A stretch of DNA of 64,000 nt, from NCBI GenBank assembly GCA_965249725.1, contig CBDFMQ010000001.1, positions 224,001 to 288,000 of the forward strand. Direction: 5' to 3'. The position numbers and the translations under genes were made by a program. This document shows positions 48,119 to 57,687 of this stretch, piece after piece. Numbering within the stretch: the first letter of the stretch is position 1; each line of letters starts with the position of its first letter. Below the pieces are notes generated by a model. It saw only the letters and a program-made list of their open reading frames with translations. It did not search any database and was not told the origin of the DNA. This DNA comes from Longimicrobiales bacterium (GTDB taxonomy: Bacteria; Gemmatimonadota; Gemmatimonadetes; Longimicrobiales; Gaopeijiaceae).

Positions 48119-49572
48119 ACGACCCCGTCCGGATCGCCGCCGGGACCAGCCCGAATGCTCCGGCCCTGGACGATGGGGATCGGATCTGGAGCTACGCCGA
48201 ACTCGACGCCGCGGTGGCTCGCATGGCCCGCCGCCTGGAGCCGCTCGGTTCGACTGTCGGAGCGACCGTGGCTTTGGTCGCACAACAAAGTGCTCTCTCG
48301 GTGCAGGCCCTGTTCGCGGTACCGCGCACGGGCGCGACGGTGGCCGTGCTGAATCCGCGCCTCGGATCCGAGGGCCTGGAAAACGCTCTCGATGCCATCG
48401 GCCCGGACCTGCTGCTAAGCACCGAGGCCGACGTGCACGGCTTGGCGGCAGACCCGGAGTGGTTCACGACGGTGGACGATCTACCCAAGCCGCCATCGCG
48501 CCCCGATGCGAATGTCGTTGGGGATGCGGCCGCCCGCCTTGGGGCGCAAGTGGAGTCCGAATCGGATCTTCCCGCCGATCCCAGCCGGCCTTTCGCGATC
48601 CTGTGCACATCCGGCACAACAGGGGGGCCGGGGGTCGTCCCGGTGACCCGACACGCCCTGAGTGCCAGCGCGCGGGCCGCCTCTGCCCGGCTGGGCCTGC
48701 AACCCGACGATCGTTGGTACGGGTCTCTGTCGTTCGCTCACGTCGGCGGGTTGGCTCTGGTCTACAGGGTCTTTCATGAGGGGTCCTGCCTGGTCGTGCG
48801 GGGCGGATACTCGACCGAAACGTTCATCGAACTCGTCGATCGAGCGGAGATCACCCATGCGTCTCTCGTACCCACCATGCTGAAGCACCTGATCGATGCG
48901 CGTGGGGAAGAGCCGGTTCCTTCGAGTCTTCGATGCCTGCTCGTCGGTGGAGCGGCGGCCCCCGAGCCACTCGTCGAGCAGGCCGTGGCGCGCGGGTATC
49001 CCGTGGCCCTCACCTACGGCCTGACGGAAGCCTGCTCGCAGGTGGCCACGGCCCCGCCGGACCTCGTGAGGGTGAAGCCGGGCACGGTGGGTCTCCCGAT
49101 GGACGGGCTCGAGCTCCGGTTGCTGGAGAGCGGCGAGATCTGCGTGCGTGGCGCAACCGTGTCTCCATCCCTAGCCGACGAAGAAGGATGGCTCGCCACG
49201 GGGGACTTCGGGGCTTTGGATGAGGACGGGCACCTATCGGTTTCCGGACGCGTCGACGAGCGGATCATCTCTGCGGGGGTCAACGTGTCCCCAGCGACGG
49301 TAGAGGGCGTGATCCGCGATCTTCCCGGGGTCACAGACGTGGCCGTAGTCGGTCTCCCCGACGATACCTGGGGAGAGGTGGTAGGGGCTCTGGTGGTTCC
49401 CGAGTCCGGGGCCCTGGATTTGGAGGCGCTGGAGGCGGCGCTGCGGGAGCGGGTGTCGAGTGCCGAAGTGCCCAGGCTAATCGCTCTTGCGGCGGAGCTT
49501 CCGAGAAACGCCAACGGCAAGGTCGACCGAGCGGAGGTGCTGATGCGTCTGGCGGAGGCGAGATCCCCGTGA
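48115..49572 (+). CDS. menE: o-succinylbenzoate-CoA ligase
   Basis: TSGTTG, SLVPTML, TYGLTE.CSQ, TGD.G, NGKVDR; position in men cluster. Confidence 0.85.
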   Translation: MNDPVRIAAGTSPNAPALDDGDRIWSYAELDAAVARMARRLEPLGSTVGATVALVAQQSALSVQALFAVPRTGATVAVLNPRLGSEGLENALDAIGPDLLLSTEADVHGLAADPEWFTTVDDLPKPPSRPDANVVGDAAARLGAQVESESDLPADPSRPFAILCTSGTTGGPGVVPVTRHALSASARAASARLGLQPDDRWYGSLSFAHVGGLALVYRVFHEGSCLVVRGGYSTETFIELVDRAEITHASLVPTMLKHLIDARGEEPVPSSLRCLLVGGAAAPEPLVEQAVARGYPVALTYGLTEACSQVATAPPDLVRVKPGTVGLPMDGLELRLLESGEICVRGATVSPSLADEEGWLATGDFGALDEDGHLSVSGRVDERIISAGVNVSPATVEGVIRDLPGVTDVAVVGLPDDTWGEVVGALVVPESGALDLEALEAALRERVSSAEVPRLIALAAELPRNANGKVDRAEVLMRLAEARSP

Positions 49573-49692
49573 TCGCTTGAGGACGGCGTTGTCGGGACGG
49601 GCCGTCCGCTCCGATCTGGAGACCCTCGCGTCGGATGGGGGCACGACTATCTTTCGGCTTCCGCATCAGTAAGCCGCACTGAACAGAGCGCA

Positions 49693-50967
49693 ATGAACCT
49701 ACTGGAAGAATACCGCTGGCGCGGCATGCTACAGGATGCCACGGAGGGGGCCGAAGCGGCCCTCGCCGAGGGTCCCGTCGCCGGCTACATCGGCTTCGAT
49801 CCAACGGCGCAGAGCCTCCACGTCGGCTCGCTGATGCCCATCATGGGCCTCGTCCACCTGCAACGGACGGGGAATCACCCGATCGTGCTCATGGGCGGTG
49901 GCACGGGTCTCATCGGCGATCCCTCCGGGAAGACCGAGGAACGTCAGCTCCTGACCAGGGAGCAGGCTGCGGAAAACCTGGCGGCCATGCAGGCTCAACT
50001 CGAGCAGTTCCTGGACTTCGAGTGCAGCACGAACCCGGCCCGCACCTTGGACAACCTGGAATGGCTCGGGGACATCTCCATGGTCGACTTTCTCCGGGAC
50101 GTGGGAAAGCACTTCTCGGTGAACGCTCTCCTGAAGAAGGAGTCCGTTCGGCGCCGACTCGAAGACGACGAGGTGGGGATCTCCTACACGGAGTTCAGCT
50201 ACGCCCTCCTTCAAGCCTACGACTTCGTGGCGTTGAACGAACGCTACGGCTGCACGTTCCAGATGGGCGGCAGCGACCAGTGGGGTAACATCACCGCGGG
50301 GATCGATCTGGTACGGCGGATGAGAGGCGAGAAGGCGCACGGGATCACGTACCCCCTCGTGACTGGTGCCGGCGGCCACAAGTTCGGCAAGACCGAGGCC
50401 GGGGCCGTGTGGCTCGACCCTACCCTGACCTCGCCGTATCGGTTCTACCAGTTCTGGATGAACGTCGACGATCGCGACGTCCTTCGGTACCTCAAGTACT
50501 TCACGCTGTTGGATGGCGAAGAGATTGCGGCCGAAGAGGCGGGATTGGCCGAGCGCCCCCACGAGCGGGCCGCCCACAGAAGGTTGGCTGAGGTGGTGAC
50601 GGGTCGGGTGCACGGGGAGACGGGGCTGGCCAGTGCCCAACGGGCGACGGCCGTCCTTTTCGGGGGCGAGCTCACCGGTTTGGGGGCGGACGAGATCGCT
50701 GACATCTTCGCCGACGTGCCCTCGAGCGAGATCCCGAGGGCCGATCTGGAGGGGGAGGGCAAGGGGCTCCTCGACCTGTTGGTAGCGACCGAGTTGGCGA
50801 CGTCTCGGGGGGATGCGCGCCGCGCCGTCGAAGGGGGTGGCGTCTACCTCAACAACGTACGGCTAGCGGACGTGGAGGCTCGGGTGCGGCTCGAGGACAC
50901 CGTGGAAGGTCGTTTCCTGGTCCTGAGGAAGGGAAAGAAGGCCTACCACATGGTTCGCGTGGTCTGA
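49693..50967 (+). CDS. tyrS: Tyrosine--tRNA ligase
   Basis: GFDPTA.SLHVG, IGDPSGK, YTEFSY.LLQ.YD, GGSDQWGNI, KFGKTE, S4-like tail. Confidence 0.98.
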   Translation: MNLLEEYRWRGMLQDATEGAEAALAEGPVAGYIGFDPTAQSLHVGSLMPIMGLVHLQRTGNHPIVLMGGGTGLIGDPSGKTEERQLLTREQAAENLAAMQAQLEQFLDFECSTNPARTLDNLEWLGDISMVDFLRDVGKHFSVNALLKKESVRRRLEDDEVGISYTEFSYALLQAYDFVALNERYGCTFQMGGSDQWGNITAGIDLVRRMRGEKAHGITYPLVTGAGGHKFGKTEAGAVWLDPTLTSPYRFYQFWMNVDDRDVLRYLKYFTLLDGEEIAAEEAGLAERPHERAAHRRLAEVVTGRVHGETGLASAQRATAVLFGGELTGLGADEIADIFADVPSSEIPRADLEGEGKGLLDLLVATELATSRGDARRAVEGGGVYLNNVRLADVEARVRLEDTVEGRFLVLRKGKKAYHMVRVV

Positions 50968-51006
50968 GGAGAGGCCTCCACACTCGAACGCGAGAGCGCT
51001 GAAAGC

Positions 51007-51043
51007 GAAACGCCCCGCCCGGCTCAGCCGGACGGGGCGTTCC
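51007..51043. terminator. Likely bidirectional terminator after tyrS
   Basis: AACGCCCCG-CCCGGCTCAGCCGGA-CGGGGCGTT hairpin between convergent genes. Confidence 0.7.
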
Positions 51044-51063
51044 TCTTGGTCTAGGCAGGTGGG

Positions 51064-52083
51064 CTAAAAGACCGTCTGCCAGGAAACCACGAAGCTCTTG
51101 TCTGTCGACAGCTGAGGTCCGTTCAGGTCCTGGTGCACCGGGTAGTACCACTCCACGGCGATGCGATGACCGCTCAGCGCACCCTCGCGGAACTGGAGGT
51201 TCACTCCGAACGGCAGGTACACACGTTCGCCGCCCTGCGCGAACGGGTTCGCACTGGGATCGGCCTCGCCGTCGGTGCGAGTGTCGATGCCCTCGGTCTC
51301 ACCGACGCTCTCGTACAGCGCTCGGGCCGACACACTCATCCAATCGTTGATGTTGTATGCGCCCCACACCGTGAACTCGAACGCGTCGCCCAGGCGGTAG
51401 TCCTGCGAGTTGTCGAAGGCTCGCACGGTGAGGTTAGCCTGCGTTCCGACACTCGCCATTGCGTTCTGAACGGAAAAGCCAAGCCCCGCGAGAATGTCGA
51501 CCGTCCCGGATCCGGTCTGCATCGGGAAGGGGAGGACGTCGGTGCCCGTGCCCGAGAGGGGGGTTTGGTCAGCGTCCCCGATCTCTCCGGTCGGAGCTGT
51601 TCCCCCCAACATGAGATGCATCCGGTACTGGTCGAACTCGAAGAGGTCCATCAGGAGACGGACTCTCAAGTCGCCGATGTCGTTCGATTCGGTCTGAAAG
51701 AACTCGTCGTCCTCCGTAACATTCCACATCGCGTTCATGACGAACGGCATTGCCAGGGAGAGGGAAACAGCGTCGGAGAGACCGAACCTCAACTCCATCT
51801 CGTGGCTCTGCCTCTGCATGGACAGGGGTGACACGGTGAAGAAGTCGAGAACTTCATCCGAGAAGAAGGGTGTGGTACCGACGAGCGTCCCGTCGAAGTC
51901 GGTGCGGTAGTAGCGATAACCGAAGTAAACGTCGCCCTTCTCAAGACTGTAGTCGGCCGTAACGCCAGACGGAGCATGCCCGTCCGGGCGATCTACCGAC
52001 CAGGCCGGCGTCTGTGCCAGAGCGGGTGTCACCACCGCCAGGCTGGCCACCAACACGCATGTGGACACGATCTTGCGAGCCAT
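51064..52083 (-). CDS. Outer-membrane beta-barrel transporter-like protein
   Basis: Signal peptide, RPDGHAP.GV, PMQ.GSGT.D, QDLNGPQ, C-terminal Phe. Confidence 0.78.
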   Translation of the reverse strand: MARKIVSTCVLVASLAVVTPALAQTPAWSVDRPDGHAPSGVTADYSLEKGDVYFGYRYYRTDFDGTLVGTTPFFSDEVLDFFTVSPLSMQRQSHEMELRFGLSDAVSLSLAMPFVMNAMWNVTEDDEFFQTESNDIGDLRVRLLMDLFEFDQYRMHLMLGGTAPTGEIGDADQTPLSGTGTDVLPFPMQTGSGTVDILAGLGFSVQNAMASVGTQANLTVRAFDNSQDYRLGDAFEFTVWGAYNINDWMSVSARALYESVGETEGIDTRTDGEADPSANPFAQGGERVYLPFGVNLQFREGALSGHRIAVEWYYPVHQDLNGPQLSTDKSFVVSWQTVF

Positions 52084-52169
52084 ATGTCCCTTCCTCGGGG
52101 AAGTCAGAATTTGGTCGAACACCTTGAAAGATGCGGAGCGGGTTTTCTGGAAACAAGTGTTTCTTTTTC

Positions 52170-54542
52170 CTAGCCACTTCCTTCGGGGGCGATAGGGGCG
52201 CTGATAGGGGCGGTGATCGGGGTGGCGATCGGTGCCCGTAGCACCTCGTCCGGGATGCCGAATCCGTCTACCAGGAAGAGGGCTTGTTGCCTTATATCTG
52301 AGCAGAGCTCGTTGACCATCCGACGGATGGCACGCGTCTTGGCCGGTTCTACGTAGCCGCTCTCCATATACCAGGCCCCATGCGCTTCGATCGTAGCCAG
52401 GGCATACAGGGTCGAGAGCCCGTCCAACGTCTCGGAGAGTCCGGGAGTCGGCGCACGCACGACGGCGTTCCGAAAACACTCCATGATGAGCCGCTCAACG
52501 TGGGCGTTGGCGAGGGTTACGAGGTGGTCCTGCGTGAGGTTCATGGCCTCGAAGGAGCTCACGCCCGATGCGAGCAGGTCCCTCAGACGCTTGGCAGCCG
52601 AGGCCAGGAGCCGATCCTCACGGTATTGGAACGCCGCCAGGTGGAATTCGGGGTCGCGGAGATGCTCCTCGTGGGTCCGTCGGGTGGTGACGGGGTTCAT
52701 CTCCGCCAAACGCACCCCCGCACGATCGGCCATATGTCGGACCATTCCCCACACCCTCAGGTCCCCCAACTGGTCGCGATAGCCCGACAGCAGCCCTTTG
52801 GCGACGAGCTGGAGCAGGACCGGGTTGGCGCCCTCGAACGTGGTGAAGACGTCGACGTCATCGCGAAGGGCCCCAAGCCGGTTGGCCGCGAGGTATCCCT
52901 GGCCGCCACAAGCTTCCCGGCAGGCCTGGATGGTGGCCATGGCGTGCGTGGAGGCGTAGGCCTTCAGTCCGGCGGCGTCCACCTCCACCGCTTGGTCCGG
53001 CCCGCCGTCCTCTTCGGTGTAGCGCCGAATCAGGTCTCGCACCGCGAAATGGAGACCGTACGTGGTGGCCAGGTGGGGAAGCAGGAGTCGCTGATGGATG
53101 CGGTAGTCGAGGATGCGCACCTCCTCCGCGTCAGACGGTCCGAACTGACGTCGTTCGTCACCGTAGCGGATCGCCACGGTGAGGGCGGACTTCGTGGTGC
53201 TAACCGAGGCCGCCGCGACGCTCACGCGTCCGGCCACGAGCGTGCCCAACATGGTGAAGAAACGCCGTCCGGGGCTGGTGATCGAGCTGGAGTAGGTGCC
53301 TTCGTCGGTGACCTCACCGAAGCGGTCCAGCAGGTTCTCCCTTGGAATCCGGACCTGGTCGAAGGCCAGCGTCCCGTTGTCGATCCCGTTCAGGCCGACC
53401 TTCTCGCCCCGGTCCGCAATGGTGACACCGGGCAGGGGGCGGCCCTTACGGTTCCGAATGGGCACGACGAATGCATGGACGCCGTGAGGTGTGCCGCCTA
53501 CCTCGAGTTGGGCGAAGATCGTGGCCATGCGGCCGTGTAGGGCAGCGTTCCCGATCCAGTCCTTCCGGGCACTCGGCGACGGAGTATGTAGGACGAACTC
53601 GCCCGACCCCGCGTCGTAGCGTGCGGTCGTCTCCAGATCCCGAACGTTCGACCCGTGACCCGTCTCGGTCATGCCATAACAGCCCGGGAGCTCGAGTGAG
53701 CCGATCTGGGCGAGGTACGCCTCGTGGTGGCGGGCGGTGCCGAGTTGAAGGATGCTGCCACCCCAGAGTCCGAACTGCACGCCGAACTTGACTAGCACGC
53801 TTAGGTCCCCGTAGGCCAGCGTCTCGAAAGCGGCGATGGCTGCGCCCGGGTCTTCCCGGCCGCCGTAGACCGCGGGATACGCGAGGCTGCCCAAGCCCTC
53901 CCGCGCCAGTATTTGGAGTGCCGCCAACACCCGTTCCCGGTACTCGCCGCCGGGTAGCCCCAACGGTAGGGCCAACTCGGGTGAGTTCATCAACTCGAGA
54001 ACACGAACTCGCGTGTCGAGATGAGTGTCGTTCAGGTAACGATTGAGAGAACGGACCCAGAACGGGGAGTAGACCCGTCGCACGCGTAAGGTGTCTGTGG
54101 AGACGCCCAGCAGCTCGCGCACCGCGTCCGGTCCAGACACGCCGAGACGCTCCTCGGCCAGGGCGAGCGCTTCTGGGGCGCCGTCCTGACTCCAAGGCCC
54201 GGTCGTCAGCCCCGCCCCCCGGATCAACTCCAGCCCGAGCCCCGTGAGCGATTCGGGTACGGTGCGATCCTCCGGCCACCAGCTACGTACGATCTCGCGG
54301 AGCTCGGCAACGGATGTGGGCGTCGGCGGTGCCTCCGGGCGGAGCCAGGACTTCAGGATCTCACGTCCCTCGGGATCGAGCCACTCCTGCCCCTCCAGCC
54401 CCTCGCACAGGGCGTCCATCTCCTGGGGAGTCAGCACGCCGTCGTTCCAGGCCACCTGGATCATCGGCAGAAACGCGAGCAGATCCGGACGGTCGACCGG
54501 CCAAGTCGAGGGGCCGTGGGGAGGTCGGATCGAGTCGGTCAT
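52170..54542 (-). CDS. Acyl-CoA oxidase/dehydrogenase with extra TerB-like N-terminal domain
   Basis: GVQFGLWGG, GCYGMTETGHGSNV, KDWIGNA, GLNGIDNG, CREACGGQGY, TTFEGAN. Confidence 0.9.
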   Translation of the reverse strand: MTDSIRPPHGPSTWPVDRPDLLAFLPMIQVAWNDGVLTPQEMDALCEGLEGQEWLDPEGREILKSWLRPEAPPTPTSVAELREIVRSWWPEDRTVPESLTGLGLELIRGAGLTTGPWSQDGAPEALALAEERLGVSGPDAVRELLGVSTDTLRVRRVYSPFWVRSLNRYLNDTHLDTRVRVLELMNSPELALPLGLPGGEYRERVLAALQILAREGLGSLAYPAVYGGREDPGAAIAAFETLAYGDLSVLVKFGVQFGLWGGSILQLGTARHHEAYLAQIGSLELPGCYGMTETGHGSNVRDLETTARYDAGSGEFVLHTPSPSARKDWIGNAALHGRMATIFAQLEVGGTPHGVHAFVVPIRNRKGRPLPGVTIADRGEKVGLNGIDNGTLAFDQVRIPRENLLDRFGEVTDEGTYSSSITSPGRRFFTMLGTLVAGRVSVAAASVSTTKSALTVAIRYGDERRQFGPSDAEEVRILDYRIHQRLLLPHLATTYGLHFAVRDLIRRYTEEDGGPDQAVEVDAAGLKAYASTHAMATIQACREACGGQGYLAANRLGALRDDVDVFTTFEGANPVLLQLVAKGLLSGYRDQLGDLRVWGMVRHMADRAGVRLAEMNPVTTRRTHEEHLRDPEFHLAAFQYREDRLLASAAKRLRDLLASGVSSFEAMNLTQDHLVTLANAHVERLIMECFRNAVVRAPTPGLSETLDGLSTLYALATIEAHGAWYMESGYVEPAKTRAIRRMVNELCSDIRQQALFLVDGFGIPDEVLRAPIATPITAPISAPIAPEGSG

Positions 54543-54634
54543 AGTGTCCGCGAGAGTAGGGCGCCGGGCCGTCCCTGTCGAGACGAAGCCGGGGGCTCTT
54601 GACCTGGGTCCGCGCCTGATACAAGCTCTCTGCC

Positions 54635-55135
54635 ATGGACAAATCGAAGCCACTCGTAGGCGTGGTCATGGGGTCCCGGTCGGACTGGGATACCATGAGC
54701 AGAGCCACTGACGCGCTGGAGAGCCTCGGGATCCCTCACGAGGTCCGGGTCATCTCCGGCCACCGCACCCCAGACCTTTGTATCGAGTACGCCGCGACCG
54801 CTGAGGAGCGTGGACTCGAAGTGATCATCACCGGCGCTGGCGGTGCGGCACATCTGGGCGGGATGATGGCGGCCAAGACCGTCGTCCCCGTGCTGGGCGT
54901 TCCCATGAAAGCCTGGGCTTTGGACGGGTTGGACTCCCTGTTGTCGATCGTACAGATGCCTGCCGGGATTCCCGTCGGCACGCTGGCGATCGGCAATGCC
55001 GGAGCGACCAACGCCGGACTCCTCGCCGGGGAGATGTTGGGGAACAAGTACCCGGAGATCCGCGAAGCCGTGCGACGCTACCGTGCCGAGCGCACGCAGA
55101 AGGTCCTGGACGAAGGGGATCCGCGGGAGGGATAG
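54635..55135 (+). CDS. purE: N5-CAIR mutase
   Basis: VMGSRSDW, SGHRTP, GAGGAAHL, DSLLSIVQMPAG.PV.T.AIG. Confidence 0.97.
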   Translation: MDKSKPLVGVVMGSRSDWDTMSRATDALESLGIPHEVRVISGHRTPDLCIEYAATAEERGLEVIITGAGGAAHLGGMMAAKTVVPVLGVPMKAWALDGLDSLLSIVQMPAGIPVGTLAIGNAGATNAGLLAGEMLGNKYPEIREAVRRYRAERTQKVLDEGDPREG

Positions 55136-55143
55136 GACTGCGG

Positions 55144-56019
55144 ATGGGCACCACCTTCCAATCCGATGTCGGGCCACTCCGACGAGCCGTCTTGAAGCAT
55201 CCCGACGCAGCGTTCGTTGGCGACGACGCCATCGACGCTCAATGGCAGACGCTCGGCTTCCTCGCACGGCCCGATCTCGGCGTCGCTACACGTGAGTTCG
55301 AGGCGTTCGCGGGGCTTCTGGAGACGCTTGGTACCGAGGTGCTCCTCCTGCCCGAGGCGGAGGAGGTCGGTCTCGACTCCATCTACGCTCGGGATGCATC
55401 GGTGGTAACCGACAGGGGTGTCATCACCTGCCGCATGGGCAAACCGGCGAGGCGCGCCGAACCCTCCGCTCAACATTCCGCCTACCACGAATGGGGTATT
55501 CCCGTTCTTGCAGGAATTGAAGGGGAAGGGCGCCTCGAGGGGGGCGATGTCGTGTGGGTGGGCCGTCGCACGTTGGCCGTGGGACAGGGCTACCGGACCA
55601 ACGCCGAAGGAATTCGCCAGCTCGGTTCGCTCCTCGGTCCGGACGTGAATGTCGTGACGGTTCCGCTTCCCCACTTCAGGGGGCCCGATGACGTCTTCCA
55701 TCTCATGTCGATCGTGAGTCTCGTGGATGATGATTTTGCGGTAGTGTATTCACCTCTCATGCCGGTGCCATTCCGGGAGTTGCTTCTCTCCCGAGGATTC
55801 GAGCTGGTGGAGGTCCCGGAGAACGAGTACGACACCTTGGGCTGCAATGTGCTGACGGTCGCGCCGCGGGTCTGCGTCGTGGCGGAGGGCAGTCCCGAAA
55901 CGCGTCGACGCATGGAGGCCGCGGGAGCCGAGGTCCACGCCTTCGCCGGCTCGGAGATCTGCCTCAAGGGCTCCGGTGGACCTACGTGCCTCACCCGCAC
56001 GCTGGAGCGCGAGGAGTAG
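55144..56019 (+). CDS. Dimethylargininase/amidinotransferase family protein
   Basis: DSIYARD, LEGGD, RTN.EG, FHLMS, GSGGPTCLTR. Confidence 0.88.
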   Translation: MGTTFQSDVGPLRRAVLKHPDAAFVGDDAIDAQWQTLGFLARPDLGVATREFEAFAGLLETLGTEVLLLPEAEEVGLDSIYARDASVVTDRGVITCRMGKPARRAEPSAQHSAYHEWGIPVLAGIEGEGRLEGGDVVWVGRRTLAVGQGYRTNAEGIRQLGSLLGPDVNVVTVPLPHFRGPDDVFHLMSIVSLVDDDFAVVYSPLMPVPFRELLLSRGFELVEVPENEYDTLGCNVLTVAPRVCVVAEGSPETRRRMEAAGAEVHAFAGSEICLKGSGGPTCLTRTLEREE

Positions 56020-56193
56020 GCCGTCTACTCCGACCTCAAGGCGTCCAGCCAGGATTCCCTTCCGCTCCAACACTGCGAGGCGCTACTTTACGCGCCTTGG
56101 CCGCGCCTCGCGTCCGGACCGGAGAGGGCGGCCTTCTTCGCTTTACGCTTCCCAGGCCGATGATTTCCGCCATGCAGTCAGGATCGTTGCCTC

Positions 56194-56682
56194 ATGTTGG
56201 ATGAGATTCGCGATAGAATCGAAGCGGAGATCGTTGCGCTCACGCATGAGCTCAGCGTCCTTCTCCCCGATCGCATTCAGAAGGCCGTCGAGTTGGGCGA
56301 TCTGCGTGAGAACTCGGAGTACAAGTCGGCCCTCGAGCGACAACAATTCGTTCAGGCTCGACTCGGTCATCTCAGCAGCCGCATGTCGGAACTCTCAAAG
56401 ATCGATGTCAGCGCGATGCCGGCCGATCGGGTCGGTTTCGGGTCGAAGGTGGAGATCCACGACCTGGAGCTCGACGAAGTGAGCCAGATCACGATCGTGG
56501 CGGGCGACTTCATGGATCTGGATGGAGGGCAGGTCTCCATGGCATCGCCCATCGGCCGCGGGCTCTTGGGAGCTCGGCAGTCCGAAGAGGTCACGGTCGA
56601 GCTGCCGGTCGGTGAACGGCGGTTCAAGATTCTCGACTTGGTTACACTGCCCCAGCAGCTCGACGACCGGAACGAGAGCTAA
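56194..56682 (+). CDS. greA: GreA/GreB-family elongation factor
   Basis: LGDLRENSEY, VGFGSKV, SMASPIGRGLLG. Confidence 0.88.
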   Translation: MLDEIRDRIEAEIVALTHELSVLLPDRIQKAVELGDLRENSEYKSALERQQFVQARLGHLSSRMSELSKIDVSAMPADRVGFGSKVEIHDLELDEVSQITIVAGDFMDLDGGQVSMASPIGRGLLGARQSEEVTVELPVGERRFKILDLVTLPQQLDDRNES

Positions 56683-56691
56683 GGAGGATCC

Positions 56692-57270
56692 GTGGTCAAG
56701 ACCGCGTCGACGATGGCCCCCATCGGAATGGAAGCCCCGGACTTCAGGCTTCCCGACACCCAGGGCGTGACTGTCTCGAGGGACGACTTCTCTGACGCTC
56801 CCGGGCTGCTCGTGGTCTTTCTCAGCAACTACTGTCCGTTCGTAAAGCACCTGAGGACCGAACTCGCGGAGTTCGCCCGCGAGTACCAGGAGAAGGGGCT
56901 CGCGGTGGTGGCGATCAACTCGAACGACATCGAGACCCATCCGGACGACAGCCCCGCGATGATGGTCCTCGAGGTGGAGCAGGTGGGTTACACGTTCCCT
57001 TATCTGTTCGACGAGGATCAGTCGGTGGCCAAGGCCTATACCGGAGCCTGCACGCCGGACTTCTTTCTCTTCGATCGCGAACAGCGACTGGTCTATCGAG
57101 GGCAGTTCGACGAGAGCCGGCCGAGCAATGGCATGCCCGTCACCGGGCACGACCTGCGGGCGGCCGCCGACGCAGTGCTGGAGGGCAGGCCCGTCGCGGG
57201 CGAACAGATTCCCAGCGTCGGGTGCAACATCAAGTGGAAACCGGGGAACGCGCCGGACTACTTCGGCTGA
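56692..57270 (+). CDS. Thioredoxin-fold (AhpC/TSA-like) protein
   Basis: APDF.LPD, CPFVKH, AINSND, FPYL.DE.Q.VAK.Y...CTPDF, YRGQFD, GCNIKW. Confidence 0.9.
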   Translation: MVKTASTMAPIGMEAPDFRLPDTQGVTVSRDDFSDAPGLLVVFLSNYCPFVKHLRTELAEFAREYQEKGLAVVAINSNDIETHPDDSPAMMVLEVEQVGYTFPYLFDEDQSVAKAYTGACTPDFFLFDREQRLVYRGQFDESRPSNGMPVTGHDLRAAADAVLEGRPVAGEQIPSVGCNIKWKPGNAPDYFG

Positions 57271-57304
57271 CGCGCCCGCTCGCACCATCCCTGTAAGATC
57301 CCCG

Positions 57305-57356
57305 AAAAACAGAAACGCGCCGTCGGGTCAGATACTCCCGACGGCGCGTTTTTTTG
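57305..57356. terminator. Bidirectional intrinsic terminator
   Basis: AAACGCGCCGTCGGG-loop-CCCGACGGCGCGTTT with A-rich left and T-rich right flanks. Confidence 0.85.
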
Positions 57357-57416
57357 TCTGTCGCAACCCGGCGCGATGGCCGCTAATGGCGCAAACAGCT
57401 GAAGCCGATTCGGCTC

Positions 57417-57479
57417 CTACAGACCGAAGCGGCGATCGCTTGCCCTTGCCAGGCTGGACAGGCTACATGGACTAGACAA
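57417..57479 (-). other. Candidate 20-codon small ORF (MSSPCSLSSLARASDRRFGL) inside a putative small RNA
   Basis: AGGAGGTGATC (57482-57492) directly before TTG at 57479; TAG at 57417-57419. Confidence 0.4.
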
Positions 57480-57603
57480 TTGATCACCTCCTATTTCAGT
57501 TCGACTGTGGGCTTAGCTCCGGCGGGCTCGAGACCCGCGGTCCGCGTCCTTTTTCCCTCTCTGGGAGTCCGGGGCGGCCCAGGACCGTCCATAGGTCAAG
57601 GCC

Positions 57604-57632
57604 AACCTATGGGACGAAGCCGGAGAGATCAA
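57604..57632 (-). promoter_or_regulatory. Sigma70-type promoter candidate
   Basis: TTGATC-N17-TAGGTT on minus strand. Confidence 0.55.
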
Positions 57633-57687
57633 GCAGAAAAAAACCCGAGGGTGTAATGCGCTGTGACACCCCTATATGTGGTACCGG

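Noticed and set aside
54635..55135. purE without adjacent purK
   Set aside because: Separation is common; not informative from one window
57482..57492. 16S rRNA 3'-end fragment (GATCACCTCCT)
   Set aside because: No flanking 16S sequence; better read as a minus-strand Shine-Dalgarno
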